From NCBI GenBank assembly GCA_965218095.1, contig OZ244587.1:2752001-2816000 (forward strand): DNA of 64,000 nucleotides. Direction: 5' to 3'. Numbering within the stretch: position 1 is the stretch's first letter; every line of letters starts with the position of its first letter. The notes beneath the pieces were generated by a model, which was not told where the DNA came from, made no database searches, and saw only the letters and a list, made by a program, of their open reading frames with translations. Below are positions 38,793 through 48,523 of the stretch, in pieces. The position numbers and the translations under genes are program-made. Origin of the DNA: Candidatus Poribacteria bacterium. Its GTDB lineage: Bacteria > Poribacteria > WGA-4E > PCPOR2b.

Positions 38793-39884
38793 ATGAAAAT
38801 CACCGAAATCAAAACTTACAATCTCAGGTATCCCCTGATCGAACCGTTCGCAAACTCACAAGCGCGGTCAAAGGCAAGGCATGCCGGTGTCGTAGAGATC
38901 CGCACCGATGCGGGCATCACAGGCTGGGGGGAAGGTTTGAGTACGCCCTCTCAATCGGCGATCAACGCCCACCTGATTGGGAAAGATCCGTTTGATGTCG
39001 AGTTAATCTGGAATGCGATGCACCAAGACAGCGGGGGTGACATCGCCGCAATGAGCGGGGTGGATATTGCTCTGTGGGACATCATGGGGAAAGCGTTGGA
39101 TCAACCCATCTATCGTTTGCTCGGTGGGGCGTTCAGAGATTCAATTCCTGCCTACGCCAGCGGGCTTTTTAGGAAAGATAAGCCCGACGTGACCCGGGTC
39201 TTGATGGATGAGGCAAAAAGTTACGTTGACCAGGGCTTTCCAGCCGTGAAAATGAAGATCGGCTTTGGGGAAGCCTACGATGTGAAGAATGTCACCGCCG
39301 TGCGGAAAGCCATCGGGGATTCGATTTTGCTTGCAGTCGATGCCAATTGTGGTTATGATGTTGGGACAGCCATCGACATTGGGCGAAAGATTATTGATAA
39401 TGATCTGTTTTGGTATGAGGAGCCGATCACGACGGACGATGTGGATGGCTATGTAGAGATACGCCATGCGCTCAAAGTCCGTATCGCCGGTGGCGAGGGG
39501 TTACGGGGGCGGTGGGCATTCCGTGATCTCATCCAAAAACGTGGGTATGACATCGTACAACCCGATGTTAGCGTCGCTGGTGGATTTACAGAGTGTCGCA
39601 AGATTGCTGCAATGGCGAGCGCCAACTATGTCCGTGTGCTGCCGCATATGTGGGGGGGCAGCATCCGCCTCGCCGCCACGCTTCATTGGCAGGCGACAAT
39701 CCCCGATTCCCTGCAGGCACCAAACCCGGTCCCTTCGTTGTTTGAGTTCGACATGACAGAAAACCGTCTGCGTACAGATCTCGCCAAAGCGCCGATTCGC
39801 GCAGTGGAAGGATTCGTCCCCGTCCCGGAAGGTCCAGGCCTGGGCATTGAGATTGATCGAAAAGTGCTGGAGAAGTATGCTTGA
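38793..39884 (+). CDS. Mandelate racemase/muconate lactonizing enzyme family protein
   Basis: DIALWDIMGK, KMKIG, VDAN, EEP, GGE, QPD, H.WGG. Confidence 0.93.
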   Translation: MKITEIKTYNLRYPLIEPFANSQARSKARHAGVVEIRTDAGITGWGEGLSTPSQSAINAHLIGKDPFDVELIWNAMHQDSGGDIAAMSGVDIALWDIMGKALDQPIYRLLGGAFRDSIPAYASGLFRKDKPDVTRVLMDEAKSYVDQGFPAVKMKIGFGEAYDVKNVTAVRKAIGDSILLAVDANCGYDVGTAIDIGRKIIDNDLFWYEEPITTDDVDGYVEIRHALKVRIAGGEGLRGRWAFRDLIQKRGYDIVQPDVSVAGGFTECRKIAAMASANYVRVLPHMWGGSIRLAATLHWQATIPDSLQAPNPVPSLFEFDMTENRLRTDLAKAPIRAVEGFVPVPEGPGLGIEIDRKVLEKYA

Positions 39885-40114
39885 TAAGCAGCGGTGTCCA
39901 ACTTTTTATGCTGCGAACGGTCACAAACTGCGCTTGTGCAATGTTAAAAATGCACCCGGATGAAATTGACCATGCAAGGATACAAGAGGCAAGATACAAA
40001 TCTGAATCTTGCATCCTTGAATCATCCAAAAGCGCAAATTCTGCCCTCGTTGAGTATAAGTCATCATGAACCTCAATTGATGGCCTACATGAGTCTACGT
40101 TTTACGCTACAGGG

Positions 40115-40903
40115 GTGAATAAATTGAAAAACGTCTCATCAATATTGAATTTGCTATCCTCCACCGGAAACGGGGAAGGTTTGGGTAACGGTAGCAAGTA
40201 CAAATCGGTCGAAGCGCGAAGGGAAGAAATATATCAAGCTACTATAGATCGGGGTTTGTTCACAAAGGAGGAGTTTGACGAGAAGTTTCGAGGGCAATTC
40301 CTTGACAAATATGGCCAAGATAGCCTCGCTTGCTATATTTCCTGCGCTTTTGAAAAGCCAGAAGGTATTTTTGTGACTGCGAACCCGAAACTGTTGGAAG
40401 GGCGCACGCAACTCCAACTCCGATTTGAAACCAAAATTGTCTCCGTGGAAGAAGGGACCCTGCAGCCGCGGGGACAGGTACTCATGCTCGATGCGAGTGT
40501 GCTGACTGAAATACTGGTTGAGGAACAGGTTCAGAAATCCGCGAAACTTGCGGCGGAGGGGAAATACCAAAAAGCGGTCGAGGAAGCGGATGTCGGTTTA
40601 GCAATGGATGAGGAAAATCTCAGGCTCCGTACCATACGTGGAACCGCGCATGCTTCCACCGAACAGATGGAGGCGGCAAAGGAAGATATCGAGATGGTGA
40701 TAGAACGTGATAAAGATTGTCCGCCCGAACTGGTCCACAATCTCGGTTGTGTTTACTGCGCACTTGGCGATTTTGATAAAGCGAGGGAGTTGTTCCACCA
40801 GGCATTGCGCATGTGTCCCAATTACGATCTCCCAAGGAAAATGCTAGAGCAGATAGAGGGGGAAGTAACGGAGGCGGAGGGTGAAGAGAATGACCAGTCC
40901 TGA
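40115..40903 (+). CDS. TPR protein with an N-terminal PIN-like segment
   Basis: C-terminal TPRs (HNLGCVY..LGDFDKARELF..AL..P.Y); N-terminal FVTANPKLL...IVSVEE. Confidence 0.7.
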   Translation: MNKLKNVSSILNLLSSTGNGEGLGNGSKYKSVEARREEIYQATIDRGLFTKEEFDEKFRGQFLDKYGQDSLACYISCAFEKPEGIFVTANPKLLEGRTQLQLRFETKIVSVEEGTLQPRGQVLMLDASVLTEILVEEQVQKSAKLAAEGKYQKAVEEADVGLAMDEENLRLRTIRGTAHASTEQMEAAKEDIEMVIERDKDCPPELVHNLGCVYCALGDFDKARELFHQALRMCPNYDLPRKMLEQIEGEVTEAEGEENDQS

Positions 40904-41288
40904 ACTGTTCGGTGCGAAGGAGGTAGAGCGATTGAAGTTCGACCGCATCTAGCGCTTCGCATGAACATGGGCTGCGGTTAAAAGCGATGACGGAACACAT
41001 CCAGCGTTTAGAGGTCGAAAATCGCCAACTGAGGGAAAGCCGGAATGCACAGGCAATAACCTCCCAATCCATTCGCTCTCGCCCGCAGGGAACCTCTTTA
41101 TCACCGGCTGCCCCATAATCTAAGGCGGTAGATGAAGATGAAATAACGGATGAAGATCGTATTGGCATTGAGGCTCGCAGTTTGTTTCAGCAATTTATCA
41201 AAGCCTCAACGCCTTCGACATCTTTCAGCGAACCATCTTGCGAAGGTTTCAAACCTTCGAAGGATGTAGTAGTGTTTCCTTACTTTGC

Positions 41289-42056
41289 CTATTTCTTCTT
41301 GCTAGTCAAGTCAGCGATAAATGCTACGATGTCAGCTACATCTTGATCTGACAACCGATCCTCGGCGAAGAAGGGCATTATAAAACCACCTTTGCGGACG
41401 TAAAAAGCGATTTTGTGCTTCTGTTTTTCTAAGTCTTTCGGTGGTCTCTTTCGGACAAGTCGGGACCCGATACCAGCTTTCTGAGCGGTTGGGTGGCAGA
41501 CATTGCACGCCCGACTATACAGTTTCCAGCCCTTCTGCGAATCGCCTTTCATCTCCATAATCTTATCGGCGGCTGCACTCGCAGCTTCTTTATCCAGCAT
41601 TGTGATTTGGAACTGTGGCCCTGTGTTATCTCCAGAGACATGCTCAAAATAAGCCATTACGGCTTCGGCTTGTTCCTCTGGAATTGCTGTGGGATTGACT
41701 TTATTGCCGGGGACTCTCTGCAAGAAATGTTCATAACAGAAGCCACCACCGCCGGCAGCCCGTCTGAAATCATCCCCTTTAATCATGCCGCCTTTCGCTT
41801 CGCCACGATGCGGCACGCCGACAATGCTGTGCCCTGAACGTATCCGACCATCAGGATTCGCAGCTTCGTCGAAATCCGCATGACAGTCCGCGCAAGATAG
41901 ACCGCTGACCTTGGTGGGGTCGAGCGTTCCACCGAAGGAGGGGTCATAGAAAAGTTCACGCCCCATTTGGGCTTTCTCGGACATCTCTGCGTTTACCAGG
42001 ACCGCCAATGAGAGCGTCAAGAAGGCAGTTAATCCAAAAGCAACAACTTTGTGCAT
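41289..42056 (-). CDS. Periplasmic diheme c-type cytochrome
   Basis: Signal peptide, CADCH and CNVCH, distal MP in domain 2. Confidence 0.88.
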   Translation of the reverse strand: MHKVVAFGLTAFLTLSLAVLVNAEMSEKAQMGRELFYDPSFGGTLDPTKVSGLSCADCHADFDEAANPDGRIRSGHSIVGVPHRGEAKGGMIKGDDFRRAAGGGGFCYEHFLQRVPGNKVNPTAIPEEQAEAVMAYFEHVSGDNTGPQFQITMLDKEAASAAADKIMEMKGDSQKGWKLYSRACNVCHPTAQKAGIGSRLVRKRPPKDLEKQKHKIAFYVRKGGFIMPFFAEDRLSDQDVADIVAFIADLTSKKK

Positions 42057-42107
42057 TATAATCTCCTTTCGTGTGTTGAGAATTGCTATGAAGTGAAAGT
42101 CCTAATA

Positions 42108-42136
42108 ACATTATCAGGATACATATCGGCTGTCAA
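42108..42136 (-). promoter_or_regulatory. Sigma70-type promoter for the cytochrome c gene
   Basis: TTGACA-17 nt-TAATGT with extended TG. Confidence 0.55.
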
Positions 42137-42170
42137 CGAAAAACCGATCGAATTTAACAGGTCTGGTGTA

Positions 42171-42707
42171 TTACGCAAGATCCAAAACTGCGATATATGG
42201 CAAATTGCGATACTTTTGCGCGTAGTCTAAACCGTATCCGACAACGAAGGTGTCTGGAATCTCAAAACCAACATAGTCGATAACGGTTGCCTTCTTCCTT
42301 CGCGCAGGCTTGTCGAGCAAACTACACACTTTCACACTCGCCGGCTCCCATGCCTTGACATGCTTAATGAGAAAGCTCAATGTTCGTCCTGTGTCAACGA
42401 TATCTTCCACAATAAGCACCTCCGATTGGCGAAGATTTATGTCTAATTCCTGAACCATCCGAATATGCTCTGATGGTTCCGTCCCATCTCCATAACTCGC
42501 AAGCTGGATAAATTCGCAGCGCACGGGAATCGATAGCGCACGGAGGAGATCTGCGAGGAATACCACTGCGCCTTTGAGAACGCAGATCAGCACCAGATCG
42601 CGGTTTTCGTAATCTTCAGAGATCTGCTGAGCCAATTCGTGGACACGCGCTTGGATCTGTGATTCAGAGATCAAAATTGAATGAATGTCAGATTTCATCA
42701 ATTTCAA
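42171..42707 (-). CDS. hpt: Hypoxanthine phosphoribosyltransferase
   Basis: VLKGA, VEDIVDTGRTL, FVVGYGLDY...YRNLP. Confidence 0.96.
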   Translation of the reverse strand: MKLMKSDIHSILISESQIQARVHELAQQISEDYENRDLVLICVLKGAVVFLADLLRALSIPVRCEFIQLASYGDGTEPSEHIRMVQELDINLRQSEVLIVEDIVDTGRTLSFLIKHVKAWEPASVKVCSLLDKPARRKKATVIDYVGFEIPDTFVVGYGLDYAQKYRNLPYIAVLDLA

Positions 42708-43045
42708 CGGAAGGTTAACGAGCGATGAGATGCATAATGTTCCGTTCCAACCCTATCACAGCAACACTCATAGTCATTTCACTTTGTCTGAGTCCAGGGG
42801 ACGCAAGTTCTTCTTCACCAAGAGATACTCTCTCGACTGAGATTAATAGAGTGCTTGCAGAAAGGCAAAAGACAAAAAAAGAAGATGTTGCTGTTTTAGT
42901 AGTAGATTCTGAGTTCTGGGAAGCTGATGGTCATAGTACCTTGTTTTCGTCCCAATAAAGTGCAAATAAGCGGGGATTGGGCTTATGATGGATTTGATGC
43001 TTTTGTGCCTGTATTGAAAACAAGGTTTTGAACCTTTGAAAGGGC

Positions 43046-44464
43046 TCAGTTTTTCGGACAAGATGAATAGGTTAGATACAGGCAGCGCTCCGTTTTCTCC
43101 CGGATCTTGAACTGTTCACCTGTTCGGTAACCAACGACCCAAATGATCTGATCACCACTTACCAGAACCGGGACGTGTCCCCGCTCATGTCGAGGCACTT
43201 TGGCATCGATGAAGAAGTCTTTGAGCTTCTTGCTTCCCCGCATCCCAAACGGCTGAAACCGATCGCCATCTCGCCGACACCGAAGCTTCAGAGGAAGTTG
43301 AAGCCGATCCAGATCAAAGACAGCTCGAAATTTACCATCAGGCAGTTTATCTGCCATCGCGTGGTTCATTGGGCGTCCCTCAATGGCAGCAGCCATCTCC
43401 GCATTTAATAGCGGGAGATCGGTGTGCCCTGGCGCCACGATCTCATACTCAAACTCGACATCAGCGTTCATCACGCTTTGGAAGACAATCCGGTTGTATG
43501 CCCGTCGAATTTCCCATCCGTTGGGCAAATGCAAAGAGGCATTCGGGGATTCTCCATCAATCAATTTTAGCATAGATTCAAAATGATTGAAGTAGAGATC
43601 CCTTACCCCTCCTGAAATTTCCACGATAGCAAGACGCAGGATTCGCCGACGCAAAGCGAGATGATGCCCCCGAAACAGGCAGCGATCCAGAACAACGGTA
43701 TCAGGTACACTGGGCTTCACTCGACACATTTGAAACGCCTTATGAGCCGGGGCATCCAGATAATCCGATTCGGCGCGTAACAGTTCAGCAGTTTGATTCA
43801 ATACGTCTTGGATATTGGGATTGTAAGATCGTTCTAAGGAAGGAATGAGTTCTAAGCGAATACGATTGCGGAGATAGTTGAGTTGAGAGTTGGTAGCGTC
43901 CCGGCGCGGTTGTAGCCCAAGCTGTGTCACAAATGCTTCAATCTCCTGCCGCGAAAAATCGAGCAAGGGGCGTATAAACTTTCCTTCCCGCACGGGAAGT
44001 ATCCCTTTTAACCCCGACACACCTGCGCCGCGTAACAGGTTCATCAAGATCGTTTCTGCCTGATCGCCGCGATGATGTCCTAACGCAATCTTCGCTGCGC
44101 CGATCCGCTCGGAGACACATTCGTAGAACTCGTACCGTGCGCGTCGTGCTGCCGTCTCCGCGGAAAACTTCTGTTCCCGCATCAGTCGTGGGACGTCAAT
44201 CCTTGCGCTCGAAATCGGTAAGCCCAAACGATCCGCGTGTTCTGCGACAAACGCTGCATCCGCGGTGGAATCATCACGAAAACCGTGATCGAGATGAGCG
44301 ATATGTAGATTACAACTAAGTTGATGCCGAAGCGGGTGTAAAGCGTAGAGAAGGGCGAGTGAATCAACACCCCCAGAAACACCAACAAGCACCGTTTCCT
44401 CCGAGTGAATCATCTGATGCTGGGTAATAAAGCGGTAAGTGCGTTGTAAGAAGCCAGTGGACAT
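43046..44464 (-). CDS. tilS: tRNA(Ile)-lysidine synthetase
   Basis: VSGGVDS, H.DHGFR, ARRARY, GHH..DQAET, RNRIR; likely start ATG 44464. Confidence 0.96.
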   Translation of the reverse strand: MSTGFLQRTYRFITQHQMIHSEETVLVGVSGGVDSLALLYALHPLRHQLSCNLHIAHLDHGFRDDSTADAAFVAEHADRLGLPISSARIDVPRLMREQKFSAETAARRARYEFYECVSERIGAAKIALGHHRGDQAETILMNLLRGAGVSGLKGILPVREGKFIRPLLDFSRQEIEAFVTQLGLQPRRDATNSQLNYLRNRIRLELIPSLERSYNPNIQDVLNQTAELLRAESDYLDAPAHKAFQMCRVKPSVPDTVVLDRCLFRGHHLALRRRILRLAIVEISGGVRDLYFNHFESMLKLIDGESPNASLHLPNGWEIRRAYNRIVFQSVMNADVEFEYEIVAPGHTDLPLLNAEMAAAIEGRPMNHAMADKLPDGKFRAVFDLDRLQLPLKLRCRRDGDRFQPFGMRGSKKLKDFFIDAKVPRHERGHVPVLVSGDQIIWVVGYRTGEQFKIREKTERCLYLTYSSCPKN

Positions 44465-44486
44465 GATAGATGCGGCAGATACAAAA

Positions 44487-44512
44487 TAAAAAAGCCGCAC
44501 AAGGCGGCTTTT
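44487..44512. terminator. Intrinsic terminator downstream of the tRNA cluster
   Basis: AAAAGCCGC-ACAA-GGCGGCTTTT hairpin with T tracts on both strands. Confidence 0.7.
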
Positions 44513-44524
44513 GGTGCTTATGAG

Positions 44525-44596
44525 TGCCGGTGCGGAGAGTTGAACTCCGGACAGCACGATTATGAGTCGTGTGCTCTACCACTGAGCTACACCGGC
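44525..44596 (-). tRNA. tRNA with CAT anticodon (Ile2 or elongator Met), CCA not encoded
   Basis: GCCGGTGTAGCTCAGTGGTAGAGCACACGACTCATAATCGTGCTGTCCGGAGTTCAACTCTCCGCACCGGCA cloverleaf. Confidence 0.92.
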
Positions 44597-44662
44597 ATCT
44601 GAGATGAGAAAAAAAGGGAAATACGCCTTGAAAGGCGCATTTCCCACGAGAACAATTATCAA

Positions 44663-44739
<77 letters not shown>

Positions 44740-44759
44740 CCAAGTATGAGTAAGAAAAA

Positions 44760-44847
44760 TGGTGGGCGAGGAGGGATTTGAACCCTCACACCCAGTTACG
44801 GGCGATGGATTTTAAGTCCATTGTGTCTGCCATTCCACCACTCGCCC
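44760..44847 (-). tRNA. tRNA-Leu (TAA)
   Basis: ATGGA-CTTAAAA-TCCAT anticodon arm, long variable arm, CCA end. Confidence 0.96.
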
Positions 44848-44894
44848 GCGCCCGTGGCAAGGAATTCCTGAATTCTGGCGAATTCAGGAATTAT

Positions 44895-44923
44895 ATTGTA
44901 ATAGATCGCTTCTGATTTGTCAA
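44895..44923 (-). promoter_or_regulatory. Sigma70 promoter of the tRNA operon
   Basis: TTGACA-17 nt-TACAAT. Confidence 0.75.
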
Positions 44924-44954
44924 GATTTTTTTCGGAGTTTGCTCGATTCAGTTT

Positions 44955-45305
44955 TCACGAAGCGGACTCATCTGTTTGGAAGATACCGAAAGTGTTGCCT
45001 TCGGTGTCCTGGCAGTAAGCTAAATAACCAACGCCTGGGATAGCCATCTTTGGCACAACGGCTTTCCCGCCATTTTTGGCGATCTTGGTCGCGAAATCAT
45101 CCACAGATGGGACATCAATGGAGTTCACTGTGGAGGCTGAAGGATCCGGCCGTTTCATCAACCCACCGTTGATGCCGGGCTGATCGTCATCGCCGGTCGT
45201 GATGAGCCAATAATCTTCGGGGCTATCCCACTTCTGGGCTTTCCAGCCGAAGACATCAGCGTAAAACTTGACTGCGCGTTCAGGTTGATCTGCTTTCCGT
45301 ATCAT
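44955..45305 (-). CDS. VOC/glyoxalase family protein, N-terminus apparently shortened
   Basis: ERA.KFY..VFGW, GINGGL, PGVGY.AY..DTEGN.FG; lacks the usual HFEI start. Confidence 0.85.
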   Translation of the reverse strand: MIRKADQPERAVKFYADVFGWKAQKWDSPEDYWLITTGDDDQPGINGGLMKRPDPSASTVNSIDVPSVDDFATKIAKNGGKAVVPKMAIPGVGYLAYCQDTEGNTFGIFQTDESAS

Positions 45306-45409
45306 TAACTTATCTCCTCAGGTTGAGGCTTCGGAATTGCCAATCGAGTCACACAACTAGGGCAGATCTAACCCACTCCCAAAGTTGCACGACAGAAGTG
45401 AAATCCGAT

Positions 45410-46426
45410 ATGAACACGCCATTACCCCCATTCAGTTACACCTATTCGCCCAACCTGCCGAAGTTGCTGTGGCAATTGGGTTGTACGCTGGCGATCAGTA
45501 CCTACCAGGCGGGCAAAGTTATCTTTATCAGCGCGGCAAATCCAGAGGAGATCAAGCAACACCTCCTCGACTTCCCGAGGCCGATGGGCTTGGCAGTCTC
45601 CGATCAGCGGATTGCGGTTGCCACACGGGAGGAGGTAGTGGTACTTACCAATGCTTCAGCGGAGACATCAACCGAGCCTGCACAAGCGGAAAAGGGCATA
45701 CATGTGCCAGAGACAACTTATTTCAGCGGAGAGGTTGATACCCATGACCTCGCCTGGGGAGAGGAAGGGCTATGGGCGATCAATACACTCTTTTCGTCCC
45801 TGGCTTTGATTGATGACAATTCCAGTTTTGAGACTCAATGGCGGCCGTCATTCGTCAGCGATCTGACGCCAGAAGACCGTTGCCATCTGAACGGTATGGC
45901 AATGGTGGATGGCCAACCGGAGTATGTGACGGCGTTAGGGAAGGCGGACGCACTTGAGGGGTGGCGCGAGAACAAGGCATCTGGTGGGATTTTGATACAC
46001 GTTCCCAGCGGAGAGGTTGTGCTGGGAGACCTGCCGATGCCCCACTCACCTCGGGTGTATGATGGGAAACTTTACCTGTTGCTCTCTGCCACCGGAGAGT
46101 TGATATGCGCTGATGTGGAGAAGGGGAGCTACGAAGTCGTGGCGCGGTTGCCCGGTTTTGTGCGGGGGATGGCGCGTTACGGCGACTATCTGTTCGTCGG
46201 ATTGTCCAAGCTACGGAAGACGAGTTCTACTTTCGGCGATCTGCCAATCTCCCAACAGTCGGTGTTCAGTGGGATTGTGGCGGTGTCCCTGACCGATGGT
46301 TGCATCGTGGGACGCCTCAAGTACGAAACGGGCTGCGAGGAAATCTACGATGTGCAGGTCTTGCCGGGGTTGAGTCGTCCGGGGCCGGTCGGGCAATCAA
46401 CAATCAACACCTCATCTCCATCTTAA
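45410..46426 (+). CDS. TIGR03032 / DUF4915 family protein
   Basis: STYQAGK, NTLFS.L, PEDRCHLNG.A, MPHSPR, LPGF.RG, EIYDV. Confidence 0.9.
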   Translation: MNTPLPPFSYTYSPNLPKLLWQLGCTLAISTYQAGKVIFISAANPEEIKQHLLDFPRPMGLAVSDQRIAVATREEVVVLTNASAETSTEPAQAEKGIHVPETTYFSGEVDTHDLAWGEEGLWAINTLFSSLALIDDNSSFETQWRPSFVSDLTPEDRCHLNGMAMVDGQPEYVTALGKADALEGWRENKASGGILIHVPSGEVVLGDLPMPHSPRVYDGKLYLLLSATGELICADVEKGSYEVVARLPGFVRGMARYGDYLFVGLSKLRKTSSTFGDLPISQQSVFSGIVAVSLTDGCIVGRLKYETGCEEIYDVQVLPGLSRPGPVGQSTINTSSPS

Positions 46427-46511
46427 TCAGCTTTTTGCCGCGATCGCCAGGTATTTATCTCGTCAACTGCGCATCTACCTCTTGTAATACCAATTTTCGT
46501 TCCGCTTCTGA

Positions 46512-47237
46512 TTATAGCTCCTCCAGCGGCTGCGAGTGTCCAAAAACAGGTTTCGGCCCATCACCGGGAGCCGCCCATCGTACGGTATTGGCGATTACGT
46601 GCAGGACGTTCTGATCATGGTAGATCGGGTAGGTTTCGTGCCCGGGACGGAAATAGAACACTTTCCCTCTGCCGCGGTAGTAACAGCAGCCGCTACGGAA
46701 GACTTCGCCGCCGGGGAACCAACTGATAAAAATCAGTGTGTCTGGTTCAGGGATGTCGAAGGGTTCGCCGTACATTTCCGCGTGTTCGATCTCGAAATAT
46801 TCGCCGAGTCCTTCGACGATGGGGTGCCCGTGCTCAATAACCCAGAGCCGCTCTTTTTCCCCAGCTTCACGCCATTTGAGGCTGCACGTTGTCCCCATCA
46901 GCTTTTTGAAGATCTTGGAATAGTGTGCCGAGTGGAAGCAGATTAAGCCCATGCCATCAAGCACACGGGCATGGACTCTATCAACGATTTCATCTGCTAC
47001 CTCTCCGTGCGCGCCATGTCCCCACCAAGTCAGGACATCTGTATTGGCGAGGATGTTCTCTGTCAGTCCATGTTCAGGCTCATCCAGCGTCGCAGTGCGC
47101 ACCTCAAGCCCCGGTTGTTCCTTGAGGTAGTTTCCAATTGCGTTGTGCATGCCATCGGGGTAAATTGCCCCGATATGTTCATTCGTTTTTTCGTGGCGAT
47201 ACTCATTCCAAACTGTCACTCGAATTGTTTTGCTCAT
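46512..47237 (-). CDS. ThuA (trehalose utilization) family protein
   Basis: [40 protein letters not shown]. Confidence 0.93.
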   Translation of the reverse strand: MSKTIRVTVWNEYRHEKTNEHIGAIYPDGMHNAIGNYLKEQPGLEVRTATLDEPEHGLTENILANTDVLTWWGHGAHGEVADEIVDRVHARVLDGMGLICFHSAHYSKIFKKLMGTTCSLKWREAGEKERLWVIEHGHPIVEGLGEYFEIEHAEMYGEPFDIPEPDTLIFISWFPGGEVFRSGCCYYRGRGKVFYFRPGHETYPIYHDQNVLHVIANTVRWAAPGDGPKPVFGHSQPLEEL

Positions 47238-47303
47238 GTAGTTTCTCCTTGTTGTTTAACTTACCTGTTTATTACCTGACCAAAAAGTTTCACGAGTTGA
47301 TTA

Positions 47304-47336
47304 AACCTTGCGAAGGTTTCAAACCTTCGCAAGGTT
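47304..47336. repeat. Palindromic REP-like repeat, family B (also 41235-41265, 57235-57267, half copy at 6742)
   Basis: AACCTTGCGAAGGTTTCAAACCTTCGCAAGGTT. Confidence 0.75.
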
Positions 47337-47355
47337 GGGTGAACGATATGCCGGC

Positions 47356-48144
47356 TTATTCATCATCCTGAACCGTGCTGATTTCATCTTTGGAGATCTT
47401 GTGGACGCTTTTTGGGTTAAAGGTCTGCGCTGTCCCAGATCTCAGTGCAACTTCGATTCTCCCACCTGTCAGCACGAAGAACTGAATCAGAAATCCGCCG
47501 CCCTGCATCGATTCGACTTGATACTGATCCGCCGCTAATCCCTCAACCCACGTCGGGAACGCGTCAGCAAAATTGGGGTAATCGATCACTTCCTGCGGTA
47601 GCGCGATGATCAGCGTTCCAGGTTCATCGCCTATCGCTTCCGCAATCACAGCTCGGGTTTTGACCATAAACGGCACAACCTTGCTTGCGTAGTCGAGATC
47701 ACTATCACCACCGGCGCGTTCGGGCGGAACGATTCCCCATGTCAGATGGTGGATGAACGGATTGCCGTAGCCTTGACTCAGCATGTGATTCAGAGCCTGG
47801 TTATCGACAGGATGGACGACTGCGACGTAATCGAACCAGCCTTTACTTCGTTCAAGGCTATCCTCCAGCAATCTTGCGGAAACGTTGATGTAGTCGCACC
47901 CATCCACCGGCGAGGGATAACAACGGGCATCCCAACCTGAGATATAGCCAAGCTGCTTCAATGGACCTGCGACGATGTACGGTGGGTCGCAAAAAATTGC
48001 GGCGTGATCAAGGTTAGGCAGCAATTGAACGCCTGCCGCAGTGACTTTCCTGGCGACTTCTGATGCCTCTTTAAATCGCTGTGGTGCGTTTTCGATAGTG
48101 AGGTAATCTCCGAAATTATCCGGTAAAATCACTGAATTTCCCAT
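47356..48144 (-). CDS. Hypothetical protein, possible HPPD-like VOC metalloenzyme
   Basis: DHAAI, IHHLTW, GFLIQFF....RIEVALR.G..TF. Confidence 0.6.
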   Translation of the reverse strand: MGNSVILPDNFGDYLTIENAPQRFKEASEVARKVTAAGVQLLPNLDHAAIFCDPPYIVAGPLKQLGYISGWDARCYPSPVDGCDYINVSARLLEDSLERSKGWFDYVAVVHPVDNQALNHMLSQGYGNPFIHHLTWGIVPPERAGGDSDLDYASKVVPFMVKTRAVIAEAIGDEPGTLIIALPQEVIDYPNFADAFPTWVEGLAADQYQVESMQGGGFLIQFFVLTGGRIEVALRSGTAQTFNPKSVHKISKDEISTVQDDE

Positions 48145-48523
48145 GATAAACCTCCAATGTGTTTACCCACCACGAATTATACGAATCATACAAGTGGTTT
48201 CATCGTATAATCTGTAGTGAATCAATCTACTGTAAATTTCAAAGCGAGAAGTTTTTATCACCAGGTCCCCCTAAGAGGCAGTACGGAAGGGTTTTCACCT
48301 CCTACCTGTCGATGGTCAAGCGGAGAGACAGAGGGCATTCTCACAGTTTCTGTTGACATTGGCGCCTTTCAGCATGATACCACAAAACCACCCCCTTTTC
48401 AAGGGTATGAAAATATAAGCATTCTCACGATTGTTTTCTGCTCACACTTGTGTTATAGTATAGTAACGCGAGTTCGGGAGAAATGTGAATGAAGTGTTTT
48501 GTTCCATAAACCTAAAAGGATAG

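Noticed and set aside
44465-44557. N-terminal extension of TilS in the ORF track
   Set aside because: Overlaps a tRNA and a terminator; ATG 44464 is the likely start
48260-48350. Riboswitch in the leader of 47356-48144
   Set aside because: Hairpins are present but I could not match a known aptamer consensus; cmscan is needed
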